Of a stretch of 64,000 bases of DNA, positions 8,445 through 17,755 are shown in pieces. The stretch's first letter is position 1. Every line of letters begins with the position of its first letter. The stretch lies in the IMG/VR virus record IMGVR_UViG_3300027969_000055, positions 1 to 64,000 of that record; one strand, written 5' to 3'. The notes beneath the pieces were generated by a model, which saw only the letters and a list, made by a program, of their open reading frames with translations, did no database searches and was not told where the DNA came from. The DNA is from a virus. The translations under genes were made by a program, and so were the position numbers.

Positions 8445-10007
8445 ATGAGTAGAATTATTAAATCATATCCAGAGTTTTTGGCTGAAAACTTGAACCAAAA
8501 CGAAGGTCTTAGGGATATTGCAAAAAAAGCAGTTGGCTCAATTAAAAAATTCTTTGGAAATGGTGCAAACTATTTAAGTGCATTGGCTGCCCAAATTAGT
8601 GGAAAGCAGTCAAATGATGGTGCGGATGGTACAATTCCATATGGTGTAACAATATATCCAGCAGCCTCTGATTTACAAAAAGTTGGAGCAGATACTAGCT
8701 ATTCCCCAGAAGAAATTGATGAAAATTTAGTAGATGAAGAAGCGGTTCCGTTGGAAGCTGGCGAAAGCATTGGCGGAGTTAGAAATGTTGACTATGACGG
8801 TTTAATGAGAATTGTTAAACGAATTGCAAACAATCCAGATAAAGGAGAAGAAGCACCACTCATGATTTGGGGAGCTCCAGGTATTGGTAAAACTGCAATT
8901 GTTAAACAGGTTCAAAAAATGCTAGGAGGTAGAATGATTGATGTTCAATTAACTACTTATGCACCAGAAGATTTCTTTTTACCAGTAGTTGATCCAGCAA
9001 CTAATGATAATATAATGAGCCGTAGAGCTTCAAGGGTTCCACAAAAATGGTTACCTGTATATAACGAAAGCGAAGGTGAAGAAGGAAATGCAAAAGCAAA
9101 TGGTCCAGATGGAATGGGCGGAATGATATTTATGGATGAGTTATCTAGAGCGTCTGAAGCAATTAGAAATATTGCCCTAAAATTTGTATTAGACAGAGAA
9201 TTAGATGGAGGTTGGAAATTAGGAAGCAAATGGACAATATTTGCAGCATCTAACCGTCAAGAAGATGATTTAACAAATTCTCAAGATTTTGGTACTGCCT
9301 TAGGTAACCGTTTTCAACAAGTAAACTATGTTCCTGATACTAAAACTTATGGAAAATATGCATCAGCCCAAACTGACTCAAGCGGAGTTAATACATTTGA
9401 TCCACTTATTATATCGTTCTTACAATGGTCTAAAGGTAAAGAATTTTTTCATAAAATGGATTCAAGAGCAGTTGCATTTCCTAGTCCAAGATCTTGGGAA
9501 AAGGCTGCAATTGCTTGGAAAAATTTAAAGAAAGAAGCAGAGGCCGAAGGTTATCAATTAACTGATAAAATGATTGAAGATGAAGCTCTAGCACCAAATG
9601 TTGGAACTGAGGCAGCTACTGCATTTATTGCATACTATCTGTTATCTAAGAAAATTGACCTAAAGAATCTTTATAAAGTTTATACTGAGCCAGATAATGC
9701 ACCACTTCCATCAAAAACAAGAAATGATGATTATGAATTGGACGTTGCATATATTCTAGCTTCAGCAGTTGCATATGAGCACAGAGGTAAAAAATTAACC
9801 AATACTGAAATTGAAAATGTAGCTAAATACGCAATTCGAATTAATAATCCAACGGTTGCAATGCAGATAATGGGTGCACTAATTGAAATTCACCCATACT
9901 TAAAGACTGCTGGTACTCCAGAATTTGAAGTGTATCGTATTGCAATGAGACCGTTTTTAGCAGCATATCCAGGTTCAGCAAAGGATATTCAAAATTTAGA
10001 AAACTAA
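8445..10007 (+). CDS. MoxR-like AAA+ ATPase with N-terminal extension
   Basis: Walker A GAPGIGKT, Walker B MIFMDE, AASNR, ALGNRF, SPRSWE. Confidence 0.85.
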   Translation: MSRIIKSYPEFLAENLNQNEGLRDIAKKAVGSIKKFFGNGANYLSALAAQISGKQSNDGADGTIPYGVTIYPAASDLQKVGADTSYSPEEIDENLVDEEAVPLEAGESIGGVRNVDYDGLMRIVKRIANNPDKGEEAPLMIWGAPGIGKTAIVKQVQKMLGGRMIDVQLTTYAPEDFFLPVVDPATNDNIMSRRASRVPQKWLPVYNESEGEEGNAKANGPDGMGGMIFMDELSRASEAIRNIALKFVLDRELDGGWKLGSKWTIFAASNRQEDDLTNSQDFGTALGNRFQQVNYVPDTKTYGKYASAQTDSSGVNTFDPLIISFLQWSKGKEFFHKMDSRAVAFPSPRSWEKAAIAWKNLKKEAEAEGYQLTDKMIEDEALAPNVGTEAATAFIAYYLLSKKIDLKNLYKVYTEPDNAPLPSKTRNDDYELDVAYILASAVAYEHRGKKLTNTEIENVAKYAIRINNPTVAMQIMGALIEIHPYLKTAGTPEFEVYRIAMRPFLAAYPGSAKDIQNLEN

Positions 10008-10008
10008 A

Positions 10009-10773
10009 ATGAAGCAATTATTGGATTGGAATGAATATCATAAGTATGCAGATTTTACAAAGTCTGACTTGATACTTGAGGCAGAGGAATCTGATCCAGT
10101 ATTAAAGAAGGTAAAAATAAAAGTAGACTATGCAATTAGAAAAGTTGCAATTAATTATAAATTCTTTGCCGATCTTACTTATAAATTAAGAATTATCTAT
10201 ACTAGACAGGTTAAAACAGCTGCAGTTGATGGAACAAATATGTTTATTAATCCAGAATTTTTTGAACCCTTAACCGAAGATCAAATTGTATTTATTGTAT
10301 GCCATGAAGTTATGCACTGTGCACTATTTCATTTTGCACGTATTCAAGGTAGAGACGGATATCGTTGGAATATTGCTGGTGACTATGAAATAAACTGGTT
10401 ACTGTCGAAAGATGGAATTCTATCGTATGACGAGATTAAGAATACTTTACGAGGTATGATTGAAAAATCCTATGCTGGTAAAAATGCTGAGCAGTTATAC
10501 GAAGATCCAGAAATGATAATGCCTCCAAAGGAAGAAGATGCAGAACAGGACACTACGCCTGGTGGTCCAGAAGACGGTGATCCTCCTCCGGGCGGTGGAG
10601 GCGGTGGAGGTAAAAAACCCAAAGAGGGCTTATTTCCTGGCAATATTATATACGACAAATCTAGCGGATCTTATGGTAAAGTTAATTCAATTGATAAAAC
10701 CACTGGTGAAGTTGATTTTTCACCATTAAGTAAACAAGAAGCTGAAATTGAATTGAAAAAACTTAAAGCTTAA
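10009..10773 (+). CDS. putative zinc metallopeptidase (DUF2201 N-terminal-like)
   Basis: TAAVDG..FINPEFF, HEVMH (HExxH), WNIAGDYEIN, AEQLYE. Confidence 0.8.
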   Translation: MKQLLDWNEYHKYADFTKSDLILEAEESDPVLKKVKIKVDYAIRKVAINYKFFADLTYKLRIIYTRQVKTAAVDGTNMFINPEFFEPLTEDQIVFIVCHEVMHCALFHFARIQGRDGYRWNIAGDYEINWLLSKDGILSYDEIKNTLRGMIEKSYAGKNAEQLYEDPEMIMPPKEEDAEQDTTPGGPEDGDPPPGGGGGGGKKPKEGLFPGNIIYDKSSGSYGKVNSIDKTTGEVDFSPLSKQEAEIELKKLKA

Positions 10774-10777
10774 TAAT

Positions 10778-11917
10778 ATGAAAACAAACTTATCTAATAT
10801 AGTTAAATTAGTAAATCCTAATGGTGCAAAAGGCGGAGGCAAAGGAGAAAGTGGAGAAGAGTCAACTGATAAGGGTATTGAAACTAAGACCTTAGAGAAA
10901 CCTGAAGAATTAGGCGGAGGTACTGGAGGAGAAGAAGAGGAAGAAGGAGAAGAGGGCCAAAAAGGAGAAGGTTCTGGAAAAGGTAAAGGTAAACCAGGAA
11001 AAGAAAAAGGAATGGGCTCAGGCGAAGGCTCATCTGAAGGAGATGGACCGATGGTAGACACAGATGATATTAATAATATTGACTCAAATAAGACGACTGT
11101 TGTTCGAAATGATGTACGGACAGGAAAGAGTCAAGGTAAAGTAGTTGGAAGAGGAACTGGCGAAGTTATTTCACCAGCTGAAGGTAGCCGTATTGCTAAA
11201 TCAGAAGGATATGATGAGCGCAGTCCACGCACGGAAGAGGAATGGAAGAAGGATGCAAGAACCTCTGCTCAAACAAATCTTACTAAACGAACCAAAAAAA
11301 GCGGTAGCGGAGAAGGAGCAATATATCAAAGAATTATGGAGCTTACTGATCCAATTGTAGATTGGAGAGCTGAATTACGCCGATTTATAGGTAAGCTTGC
11401 AAGTTCATCAGATTTTAAATTTCCAGCAAGAAGATCAATTGGGTCAGGCGATTACCGATATGGTATTAAATCCAAAAATAATGCTCTGGAAAATGGAGTA
11501 GTTGCAATTGACGTAAGCGGATCAATTGCCTCAGCTTTCCCAGAACTATTAGCTGAAGTAGTTGGAATTGCAAGCGCAAAGAAAATAAAGGAAATATCAG
11601 TTTTACCATGGAATGATAGAGTAGTTACTCCTGTAATATTTAAGAATTTTAAAAAACCAACGCCAGTTGATTTTGAAAAGGTTTCAACGGGTGGAGGGTC
11701 AAACGGAATGCCAGATGTTATGCGCTGGATTCAGAATAATGTAAAAGATCGCCCAGAATTTGTAGTTATCATAACTGATGGATATATTCCAACTCTACCG
11801 ACTGCTCCTAAATGGGGTAGGAAAACTATTTGGCTAATATTTGATAATAGCTCATTTGATGTACCGGCAGGTTGGGGTCAAGTTATTCACGCAAAAGGCG
11901 ATGACCGCTATAAATAA
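10778..11917 (+). CDS. VWA-domain protein (DUF2201 C-terminal-like) with Gly/Glu-rich linker
   Basis: VDWRAELRRF, MIDAS DVSGS, GGGS, IITDGY. Confidence 0.8.
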   Translation: MKTNLSNIVKLVNPNGAKGGGKGESGEESTDKGIETKTLEKPEELGGGTGGEEEEEGEEGQKGEGSGKGKGKPGKEKGMGSGEGSSEGDGPMVDTDDINNIDSNKTTVVRNDVRTGKSQGKVVGRGTGEVISPAEGSRIAKSEGYDERSPRTEEEWKKDARTSAQTNLTKRTKKSGSGEGAIYQRIMELTDPIVDWRAELRRFIGKLASSSDFKFPARRSIGSGDYRYGIKSKNNALENGVVAIDVSGSIASAFPELLAEVVGIASAKKIKEISVLPWNDRVVTPVIFKNFKKPTPVDFEKVSTGGGSNGMPDVMRWIQNNVKDRPEFVVIITDGYIPTLPTAPKWGRKTIWLIFDNSSFDVPAGWGQVIHAKGDDRYK

Positions 11918-11947
11918 AAACTTTTTAGCTAATCTTAGTTAAATAAT

Positions 11948-11969
11948 ACTGGAAACATAGAGCCTCGCT
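11948..11969. repeat. left arm of inverted repeat flanking ORF 12049-12798
   Basis: ACTGGAAACATAGAGCCTCGCT; reverse complement of 12811-12833 (13-bp plus 7-bp perfect blocks). Confidence 0.8.
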
Positions 11970-12048
11970 CTGTTTGTCTCGGGTTTACGAGCCCTTGAGT
12001 AATCAATAGAAGGTTACAATGAGATAAGCATAAAATAACATAACTCTT

Positions 12049-12798
12049 ATGTACCAACAAAACATCACAACTAGTGGGTCTACTGCAGTTTACACAAGCT
12101 TTAGTAATCCACAACCATCTGCAACAATCACAAAAGGCAGAGGACGACTAAAAACCTACGGGTCAAATGTCTATTTAAAAGACGGTTCAAATTTCGAAAT
12201 TGAACTCTACAATCCAAAAACAACATCAGTATTAGCAAAAATCTGGATCAATGGTCAAGTAATATCGGCGGCCGGCGGTATTGTGCTAAGGCCGGGCCAA
12301 CGGGTCTTTCTTGAAAGATTCATTGATGTTACTAAAAAATTCAAGTTTACAACGTATGAGGTTGATGACTCTAGCCAAACCAAATTAGCAATTGCTAATA
12401 ATGGTAAGATTGAAGTTCTGTTCTATGATGAGTATGTTTCAAACACATCTTCAGTAATGCTTTACGGTCATACTATTACAACAAATTACTATAATCGACC
12501 TAGCACTTTAACTGTTGGCGGAAGCGCTGGAACTATTAATTGCAGCTCAAGTCTATCATCTAATTCAATTGAGACAGGTATTGTTGAAAAAGGTGGAAAT
12601 TCTAAACAGCGATTTTCTAATACCTATGGTAATTTTAACTCATGGACTTGTTCAACAAGTGTCTGGCAAATTCTACCAGAAAGTAAAAAACCCGTTGAAA
12701 TGGGAGAAATTCGCTCTTATTGCACCGGCTGTGGAACCCGCCATAAAAAAGCAACTTGGAAATTCTGCCCTAATTGCGGAATTCCAGTAACTGAATAA
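12049..12798 (+). CDS. hypothetical protein with beta-sandwich-like core and C-terminal zinc ribbon
   Basis: FEIELYNP...IVLRPGQRVFLERF; CTGC...WKFCPNCG. Confidence 0.75.
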   Translation: MYQQNITTSGSTAVYTSFSNPQPSATITKGRGRLKTYGSNVYLKDGSNFEIELYNPKTTSVLAKIWINGQVISAAGGIVLRPGQRVFLERFIDVTKKFKFTTYEVDDSSQTKLAIANNGKIEVLFYDEYVSNTSSVMLYGHTITTNYYNRPSTLTVGGSAGTINCSSSLSSNSIETGIVEKGGNSKQRFSNTYGNFNSWTCSTSVWQILPESKKPVEMGEIRSYCTGCGTRHKKATWKFCPNCGIPVTE

Positions 12799-12810
12799 CA
12801 ATTAGTCCTA

Positions 12811-12833
12811 AGCGAGGCTCTATTTGTTCCAGT
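12811..12833. repeat. right arm of inverted repeat flanking ORF 12049-12798
   Basis: AGCGAGGCTCTATTTGTTCCAGT. Confidence 0.8.
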
Positions 12834-12867
12834 TTGCAAGATAAATAAACTCAAATTATTTAATAAA

Positions 12868-13137
12868 ATGGAAACAAGTCACAGTAAAATTTTAAGCTTT
12901 GAAGAGTTTACTCAATCAAATAGCAATCCGGAAATGGGAATTGAACCAACAATGCAAGATTCACCAGAAATGGCAGAATTACCATTAGGTAATGATAATG
13001 AACCAGCACCAGCGGAAGCTCCTGAAACTGGAGATACTGATCATGCTCTTTCTACTAATATGATGGCCGATACTGAGCCTAATATGGAAGTTGAACCAAG
13101 TGAAAAAGAAGCTGGCGCAGAAGACGCTACTCTTTAA
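12868..13137 (+). CDS. acidic disordered protein (putative internal head protein)
   Basis: KILSFEEF near N-terminus; ATAAATAA at 12841. Confidence 0.65.
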   Translation: METSHSKILSFEEFTQSNSNPEMGIEPTMQDSPEMAELPLGNDNEPAPAEAPETGDTDHALSTNMMADTEPNMEVEPSEKEAGAEDATL

Positions 13138-13161
13138 TTAAAAAAAGCAAGTTCACGCATA

Positions 13162-13557
13162 ATGAGTACTCCCAGAAATCGAGGCACGCAAGAGGTTGAT
13201 TCAATGATGAATGATATTCTTGATGCCTTAGACATTATTAAAGCCAAGTTGCCAAATGGTGAACTTAAAGTAATACAAGAAAGGATCGAAAATATTGAAT
13301 CGTCTCAGGGCGATATGAAAGAAGATCTACGCAATATCCGAAAGCAGTTGCTTGATCCAGAAGATGGAATCATTGTTCGAGTAAATAAAAACACTGAATT
13401 TCGTAAACGAAAAGAAGAAGATGCTCGAGATTGGGCTAAAATATTGGAAGAACATAGAGAGATAATGTCATGGAAAAGTACAGTAACCAAATTACTTTGG
13501 ATTATTGTTACTGCGGTTGTCGGTATAGCGGTTGGTTTAATATTTAGATCAGCATAA
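13162..13557 (+). CDS. coiled-coil protein with C-terminal transmembrane helix
   Basis: LLWIIVTAVVGIAVGLIF at C-terminus. Confidence 0.7.
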   Translation: MSTPRNRGTQEVDSMMNDILDALDIIKAKLPNGELKVIQERIENIESSQGDMKEDLRNIRKQLLDPEDGIIVRVNKNTEFRKRKEEDARDWAKILEEHREIMSWKSTVTKLLWIIVTAVVGIAVGLIFRSA

Positions 13558-13581
13558 AGATTCTTCATTTTTTTTTTTTTG

Positions 13582-13610
13582 AAAAGTCCCAATTAGTTGG
13601 GACTTTTTTT
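13582..13610 (+). terminator. intrinsic terminator
   Basis: AAAAGTCCCAA/TTGGGACTTTT stem plus T-run. Confidence 0.8.
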
Positions 13611-13653
13611 GTTTTATGTAGTATAATAATAACTATTAAACAAAAATATAATT

Positions 13654-13920
13654 ATGGCAACATTCGAAGTAGACGTAGACGTTTCTGATATTTTATATCA
13701 ATTATCGGATCGTGAAAAGAAAACAATGTACGAAGAGTTAAAACATGAGCTTGAAGAGGAAACCTCTGTATCAATTGAGGATCTGTTTGATAATGGAACC
13801 ACCTACATGGAAAGGGAAATAGGTCAAGCTCTAGCAAAATTATGGGAGTCTCGTAATATGCTTACAAACTCGCAACGTGCCCGTATTATTGAAATGACGA
13901 CTGAAAGTTTTGTTGAGTAA
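13654..13920 (+). CDS. hypothetical protein
   Basis: First ORF after AGTATAAT at 13620; tightly packed cluster. Confidence 0.65.
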   Translation: MATFEVDVDVSDILYQLSDREKKTMYEELKHELEEETSVSIEDLFDNGTTYMEREIGQALAKLWESRNMLTNSQRARIIEMTTESFVE

Positions 13921-14147
13921 TGAAAGGTCCAGTACTTCATCATATTAAATCAGTCTTTAGTCAAGAATCAAGTACCAATCCAGAAGATTGGGAAGAACTT
14001 CATGTTGAAATGACGTTTAATCCTGGAGCACAAGCTGGGTTCTTTACACTTAAAACAAAACAATGGGCAGTTGACTCAGTTGAGGACTTCGCTAAAATAT
14101 TTGAATCAATGCAAAAAATGGCAAACGAACATGAAACACTACTTTAA
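13920..14147 (+). CDS. hypothetical protein
   Basis: TAATG-coupled ORF. Confidence 0.65.
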   Translation: MKGPVLHHIKSVFSQESSTNPEDWEELHVEMTFNPGAQAGFFTLKTKQWAVDSVEDFAKIFESMQKMANEHETLL

Positions 14148-14388
14148 AATATTAATATTGCTGACAATGGTCAGCAGCTGTAATCAACCAACGGTTGACA
14201 CGATTACATTTGAAAAGCACATTGCCGTTAAGGTATTTAAACAGGCTCCAATCGGCGTACATGAATATCTTTCTCCCAAATATTATGCAATTCTGGAAAA
14301 TGGAGATACTGTGCCAGTTGGTGCTAAAATTCAAATAGGCGATACTATTACTTACAAATATATTAAATATGATAGAGCTTCGAATTAG
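14131..14388 (+). CDS. putative lipoprotein
   Basis: Start moved to ATG 14131: MKHYFKILILLTMVSSC signal/lipobox-like. Confidence 0.55.
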   Translation: MKHYFKILILLTMVSSCNQPTVDTITFEKHIAVKVFKQAPIGVHEYLSPKYYAILENGDTVPVGAKIQIGDTITYKYIKYDRASN

Positions 14389-14578
14389 TGAGGATTCTAT
14401 ATATAGAGATGCAATCAAAGAGAGAGCACTACACTATCTTGAGAATTATCAAGGGCTGGATGTAGTGAAGTATTTAGAATTTCATGGAACTGGCCTAATC
14501 CTATCAGATATGGTACGTTTACATGGAGTCAAACATGTAGTTAATCATTTGACTATTATAATTAACGAATTAAATTAA
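14369..14578 (+). CDS. hypothetical protein
   Basis: Overlapping ORF in packed cluster. Confidence 0.55.
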   Translation: MIELRISEDSIYRDAIKERALHYLENYQGLDVVKYLEFHGTGLILSDMVRLHGVKHVVNHLTIIINELN

Positions 14579-14584
14579 AAAACA

Positions 14585-14902
14585 ATGAAAAATATAATTT
14601 TTATACTAGCGATTGTATTATCAAATACAGTAAACGCTCAAACCAAGTTCGCTGACCATGCTCAGCCGACTTTTACAAAAGATACTCTATATCTTTTATG
14701 TGATGATCCTATGTCAATTCAAACTTATAAAATTTGGCTACACGATCCAACTTGGAAAGGAGTCAACCCAGTAATAAATTGGGTAGATCCAAAACAGATG
14801 AAATTAATTAAAGTTATGTATGCTGCTAATTGTAAACGTAAAGACGAACCTATTTTAAATAATTTTATACTTATTAATACAAACGGATATGGCAGCAACT
14901 AG
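14585..14902 (+). CDS. hypothetical protein with signal peptide
   Basis: MKNIIFILAIVLSNTVNA-Q (mature Gln after the signal peptide, a common Bacteroidota pattern). Confidence 0.6.
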   Translation: MKNIIFILAIVLSNTVNAQTKFADHAQPTFTKDTLYLLCDDPMSIQTYKIWLHDPTWKGVNPVINWVDPKQMKLIKVMYAANCKRKDEPILNNFILINTNGYGSN

Positions 14903-15137
14903 TAAACATTACGGAGACGTAGCACTTTGGATTGAAAAGGTAATTGACTCATGCGAGACCAAGGAACAAGACAGAGCCGCTAGAAATCTAATTAACCAAT
15001 TTATGATAGTCTATCATAATTTAGAATTTGTGGTATTAAACAAATTAACTCGTGACCTCAGTATGAGGCTTGATGATAGAACAATGGATCGATTAGAAAA
15101 TAGATTAATTTCACTAAAACATGCCACTACTAATTAA
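14889..15137 (+). CDS. hypothetical protein
   Basis: WIEKVIDSCET motif; packed cluster. Confidence 0.6.
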   Translation: MAATSKHYGDVALWIEKVIDSCETKEQDRAARNLINQFMIVYHNLEFVVLNKLTRDLSMRLDDRTMDRLENRLISLKHATTN

Positions 15138-15459
15138 GCTACACGAAGACGGCCGAGAAGAGGTCAAAGAACAGGGAGCTCGAGTTGAAGCCATTGCCTG
15201 GAATGAGGACCGAACCTATAAAGAAGTTGTCGGTAGTGAGCCAGTGATTGGCTGTTCAGTACTGGTCGGCTCAGTTACAGCACGCTCATACTCAAATCAA
15301 GATTATTGGCTTACAACTAAAGTAACTGAAATACTTGAAAAACAGCTAGATTCAGCAGGTCACATAGACTTTGTAAAGTTTAGGACTGAAAAGTCAGTAT
15401 ATGTACTGGTTGGAGATCTGGCAGAATGGAAAAAATATAAAAATAATACCTCTAAATAA
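15121..15459 (+). CDS. hypothetical protein
   Basis: DYWLTTKVTEI...FRTEKSVY. Confidence 0.65.
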   Translation: MPLLIKLHEDGREEVKEQGARVEAIAWNEDRTYKEVVGSEPVIGCSVLVGSVTARSYSNQDYWLTTKVTEILEKQLDSAGHIDFVKFRTEKSVYVLVGDLAEWKKYKNNTSK

Positions 15460-15460
15460 T

Positions 15461-15712
15461 ATGAACACTGAAAAACAAGTAAGCGACATTACCCATGGAA
15501 TTGCAGCAGTTACCAAAGATGAAAAGGATGGATCAATTTTTGTTTACCATTTTTGCGGCTATTTTGAAGAACCTAGTTTAGCTGATTTTGAATCATTAAG
15601 AAAAGAATTAGAAACTGATCCTGAATTTGGATTGGTTGGAATGGATTTTGACTTAATTGCTGCAACTGAAGACATGATAAATCACGTGAAGAATGAAAGT
15701 AATATTTCTTGA
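15461..15712 (+). CDS. hypothetical protein
   Basis: Start moved to ATG 15461 after upstream stop. Confidence 0.6.
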   Translation: MNTEKQVSDITHGIAAVTKDEKDGSIFVYHFCGYFEEPSLADFESLRKELETDPEFGLVGMDFDLIAATEDMINHVKNESNIS

Positions 15713-16283
15713 TCATGATGGCGTTATTTGCTTAGCAACTGAATGGGGTGGTCGATATAAAAAGAGGGCATTAGCTAAAGGTATAAAATCAGCTGACGAA
15801 ACTCCAAATATGCCAGTAGAATATCGATTTGATAATTTTAATCAAAAGGCGGTTGATATTCTTAATGAGATCATTGCAGAAACTGGTGCTGAGATTGTAG
15901 TGAGTTCTGATTGGACTCGTTGGGCAACAGTAGAAGAAATGGGAGAATATTATGAGACTAAAGGTATTTGTAAAAAACCAATTGCATTTACTCCAACATT
16001 AAGTAAGTGTACCTGGTATAATGAATCAGTATTTGTATGGTCACCAAAATGGGATCTTGAACAAACTAGAGCAGTTGAGATTAGACAATATTTAGTGGAT
16101 CATCCAGAGATTACTCATTGGGTTGCAGTTGACGATCTTAATATGGGAGCTCCATACACTGACCCAACTTGGGGAGATAGCGATAGAGAATGGGGCCTTA
16201 AAAATTTCGTATTAACTCCAAAATCTAGAGAAGGTATTAAACAGTCTGGAATTAAAGAAAAAATCTTAAATTTTTTATTATGA
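15693..16283 (+). CDS. HAD-superfamily phosphatase-like protein
   Basis: FLDHDGV (DxD), VVSSDW, WVAVDD. Confidence 0.8.
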   Translation: MKVIFLDHDGVICLATEWGGRYKKRALAKGIKSADETPNMPVEYRFDNFNQKAVDILNEIIAETGAEIVVSSDWTRWATVEEMGEYYETKGICKKPIAFTPTLSKCTWYNESVFVWSPKWDLEQTRAVEIRQYLVDHPEITHWVAVDDLNMGAPYTDPTWGDSDREWGLKNFVLTPKSREGIKQSGIKEKILNFLL

Positions 16284-16459
16284 GCACCGAAACAATAGTT
16301 ACTGAGCAAGATGCAAAATACAGCAGAAATGCTTATCTTAAAATAGTAGATGATAAAGTCGTATTTGACTGTTCAGATACTGAATATGGGCCAATTCAAT
16401 TTGACTTGGGCTTATTAGAAGAAAAAATTAAACAACACAAAGCACAATATGGAAAATAA
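16280..16459 (+). CDS. small hypothetical protein (59 aa, missing from ORF track)
   Basis: ATGA overlap with upstream stop; MSTETIVTEQDAKY...HKAQYGK. Confidence 0.6.
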   Translation: MSTETIVTEQDAKYSRNAYLKIVDDKVVFDCSDTEYGPIQFDLGLLEEKIKQHKAQYGK

Positions 16460-16688
16460 TAAACTTAGCTTAATTGAACAAATTGCAAAAGAAGGTGCAA
16501 TTCAAACAGTTCAAGCATTAGCATCAGCTCAGCAAATGGGCATGGTTACTTCACAAGAAGACTTAACTAGACTACTTCAATCCGGAATGGAAGTTGTAAT
16601 AGAAGAGTATATTCAAAGAATCGAAAATCAATCTAAAATTATTCTAAATGAAGCTGGAAGTATTCGAAAAGATAATAACTCAAATTAA
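16449..16688 (+). CDS. hypothetical protein
   Basis: Packed ORF. Confidence 0.6.
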   Translation: MENNKLSLIEQIAKEGAIQTVQALASAQQMGMVTSQEDLTRLLQSGMEVVIEEYIQRIENQSKIILNEAGSIRKDNNSN

Positions 16689-17019
16689 GGACCAGCAAGA
16701 TAAAAGCCGAACTCTTTATCGATTAGGCGTTGACTTGATGGACTATGAGGATTCTTATTGTGCGACTATTACTTTATTACTTAGGGCATATTATGGAAAG
16801 GACGCCGAGGATTGGATTTCCTGGTTTATTTATGAAAGAGACGACTTAGCGGAAGACCCAAACCAGGCTTGGGACAAAGACGGCAACCCAATCTGTTTTG
16901 ATATTCCAAGTCTTTGGAAATGTGTTGAAGAAATGAGATGCTCAACTGATTTTATTGAATACTGTCTTGAGAAAACTAATCTTGATCTATTTGAGTCAAT
17001 TTTCGGCAGACCTCACTAA
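16648..17019 (+). CDS. hypothetical protein
   Basis: EDWISWFIYE motif. Confidence 0.65.
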   Translation: MKLEVFEKIITQIKDQQDKSRTLYRLGVDLMDYEDSYCATITLLLRAYYGKDAEDWISWFIYERDDLAEDPNQAWDKDGNPICFDIPSLWKCVEEMRCSTDFIEYCLEKTNLDLFESIFGRPH

Positions 17020-17038
17020 TCTTTAGTATAATAACTAT

Positions 17039-17488
17039 ATGATACACTCAAATCAAAATAAAATTAGTCGAATTCATAGATTTAAACGGCTATCTCAATT
17101 ACTTGCACTTCGTATAGCTAAAGCACTTGATCCAACTACACTTAAGTCAAACAATTTTGATAATAGTGAACGTGAAGCGGCTAGTGTTTTTAAAAAAATG
17201 ATTAAATTGTCAAATAGCGAATTGTTAATTAGCCCAGTACTTGGAAAACATTATGTTAAAAATGATGAAAACCATATTTTAATAATAATGGATCAAAATG
17301 AGCTTACTGTTATTAATCATGTATTTGGTTATAATATTAGCCTTTCACCAAAAACTTATAAAACTTTATATAATGCTTTTATTGGAGAAGTTGAAATACG
17401 ACGTAATGAAATGGAAGCAAGTTTTAGAAATAACGTCAAACATTCATTAAAAACCTTAATTACTAAAATAGATGAACAAGTTCAATAG
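17039..17488 (+). CDS. hypothetical protein
   Basis: ORF after AGTATAAT at 17025. Confidence 0.65.
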   Translation: MIHSNQNKISRIHRFKRLSQLLALRIAKALDPTTLKSNNFDNSEREAASVFKKMIKLSNSELLISPVLGKHYVKNDENHILIIMDQNELTVINHVFGYNISLSPKTYKTLYNAFIGEVEIRRNEMEASFRNNVKHSLKTLITKIDEQVQ

Positions 17489-17753
17489 GTTATTCGCAAT
17501 TGGCGCAAGTATTATTATACTAGCAACGGCACTGGTAGTTACAGGTACAGCGTTTGCTGTATTTAAACCTCAATCAGTTAAGGTTATATTAGAAGCAGAC
17601 CCGATCCAGCATGATACCCTTAGAATTGAAACTAAGGTTATTATTCATGATACATTAAGGGTACCAGTTTCATGTAAAAAACAGCATTGTGAAGTACCTG
17701 TAACTATCCCAAGTTCAAGTACTCCAGATACAATTAAAAAACAAATAGATTAA
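17472..17753 (+). CDS. membrane-anchored hypothetical protein
   Basis: N-terminal hydrophobic helix; HDTLR repeated twice. Confidence 0.6.
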   Translation: MNKFNRLFAIGASIIILATALVVTGTAFAVFKPQSVKVILEADPIQHDTLRIETKVIIHDTLRVPVSCKKQHCEVPVTIPSSSTPDTIKKQID

Positions 17754-17755
17754 TT

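Noticed and set aside
10771-10780. Frameshift or pseudogene between peptidase and VWA ORFs
   Set aside because: Clean double TAA then ATG, typical of this genome's coupled genes; no slippery site seen
11948-12833. Insertion sequence with terminal inverted repeats
   Set aside because: No transposase motifs or target-site duplication; kept as an RNA-level hypothesis instead
13568-13580. T13 homopolymer (and A-run near 24312) as a phase-variation tract
   Set aside because: Intergenic, beside a terminator, and could be sequencing slippage; no testable consequence
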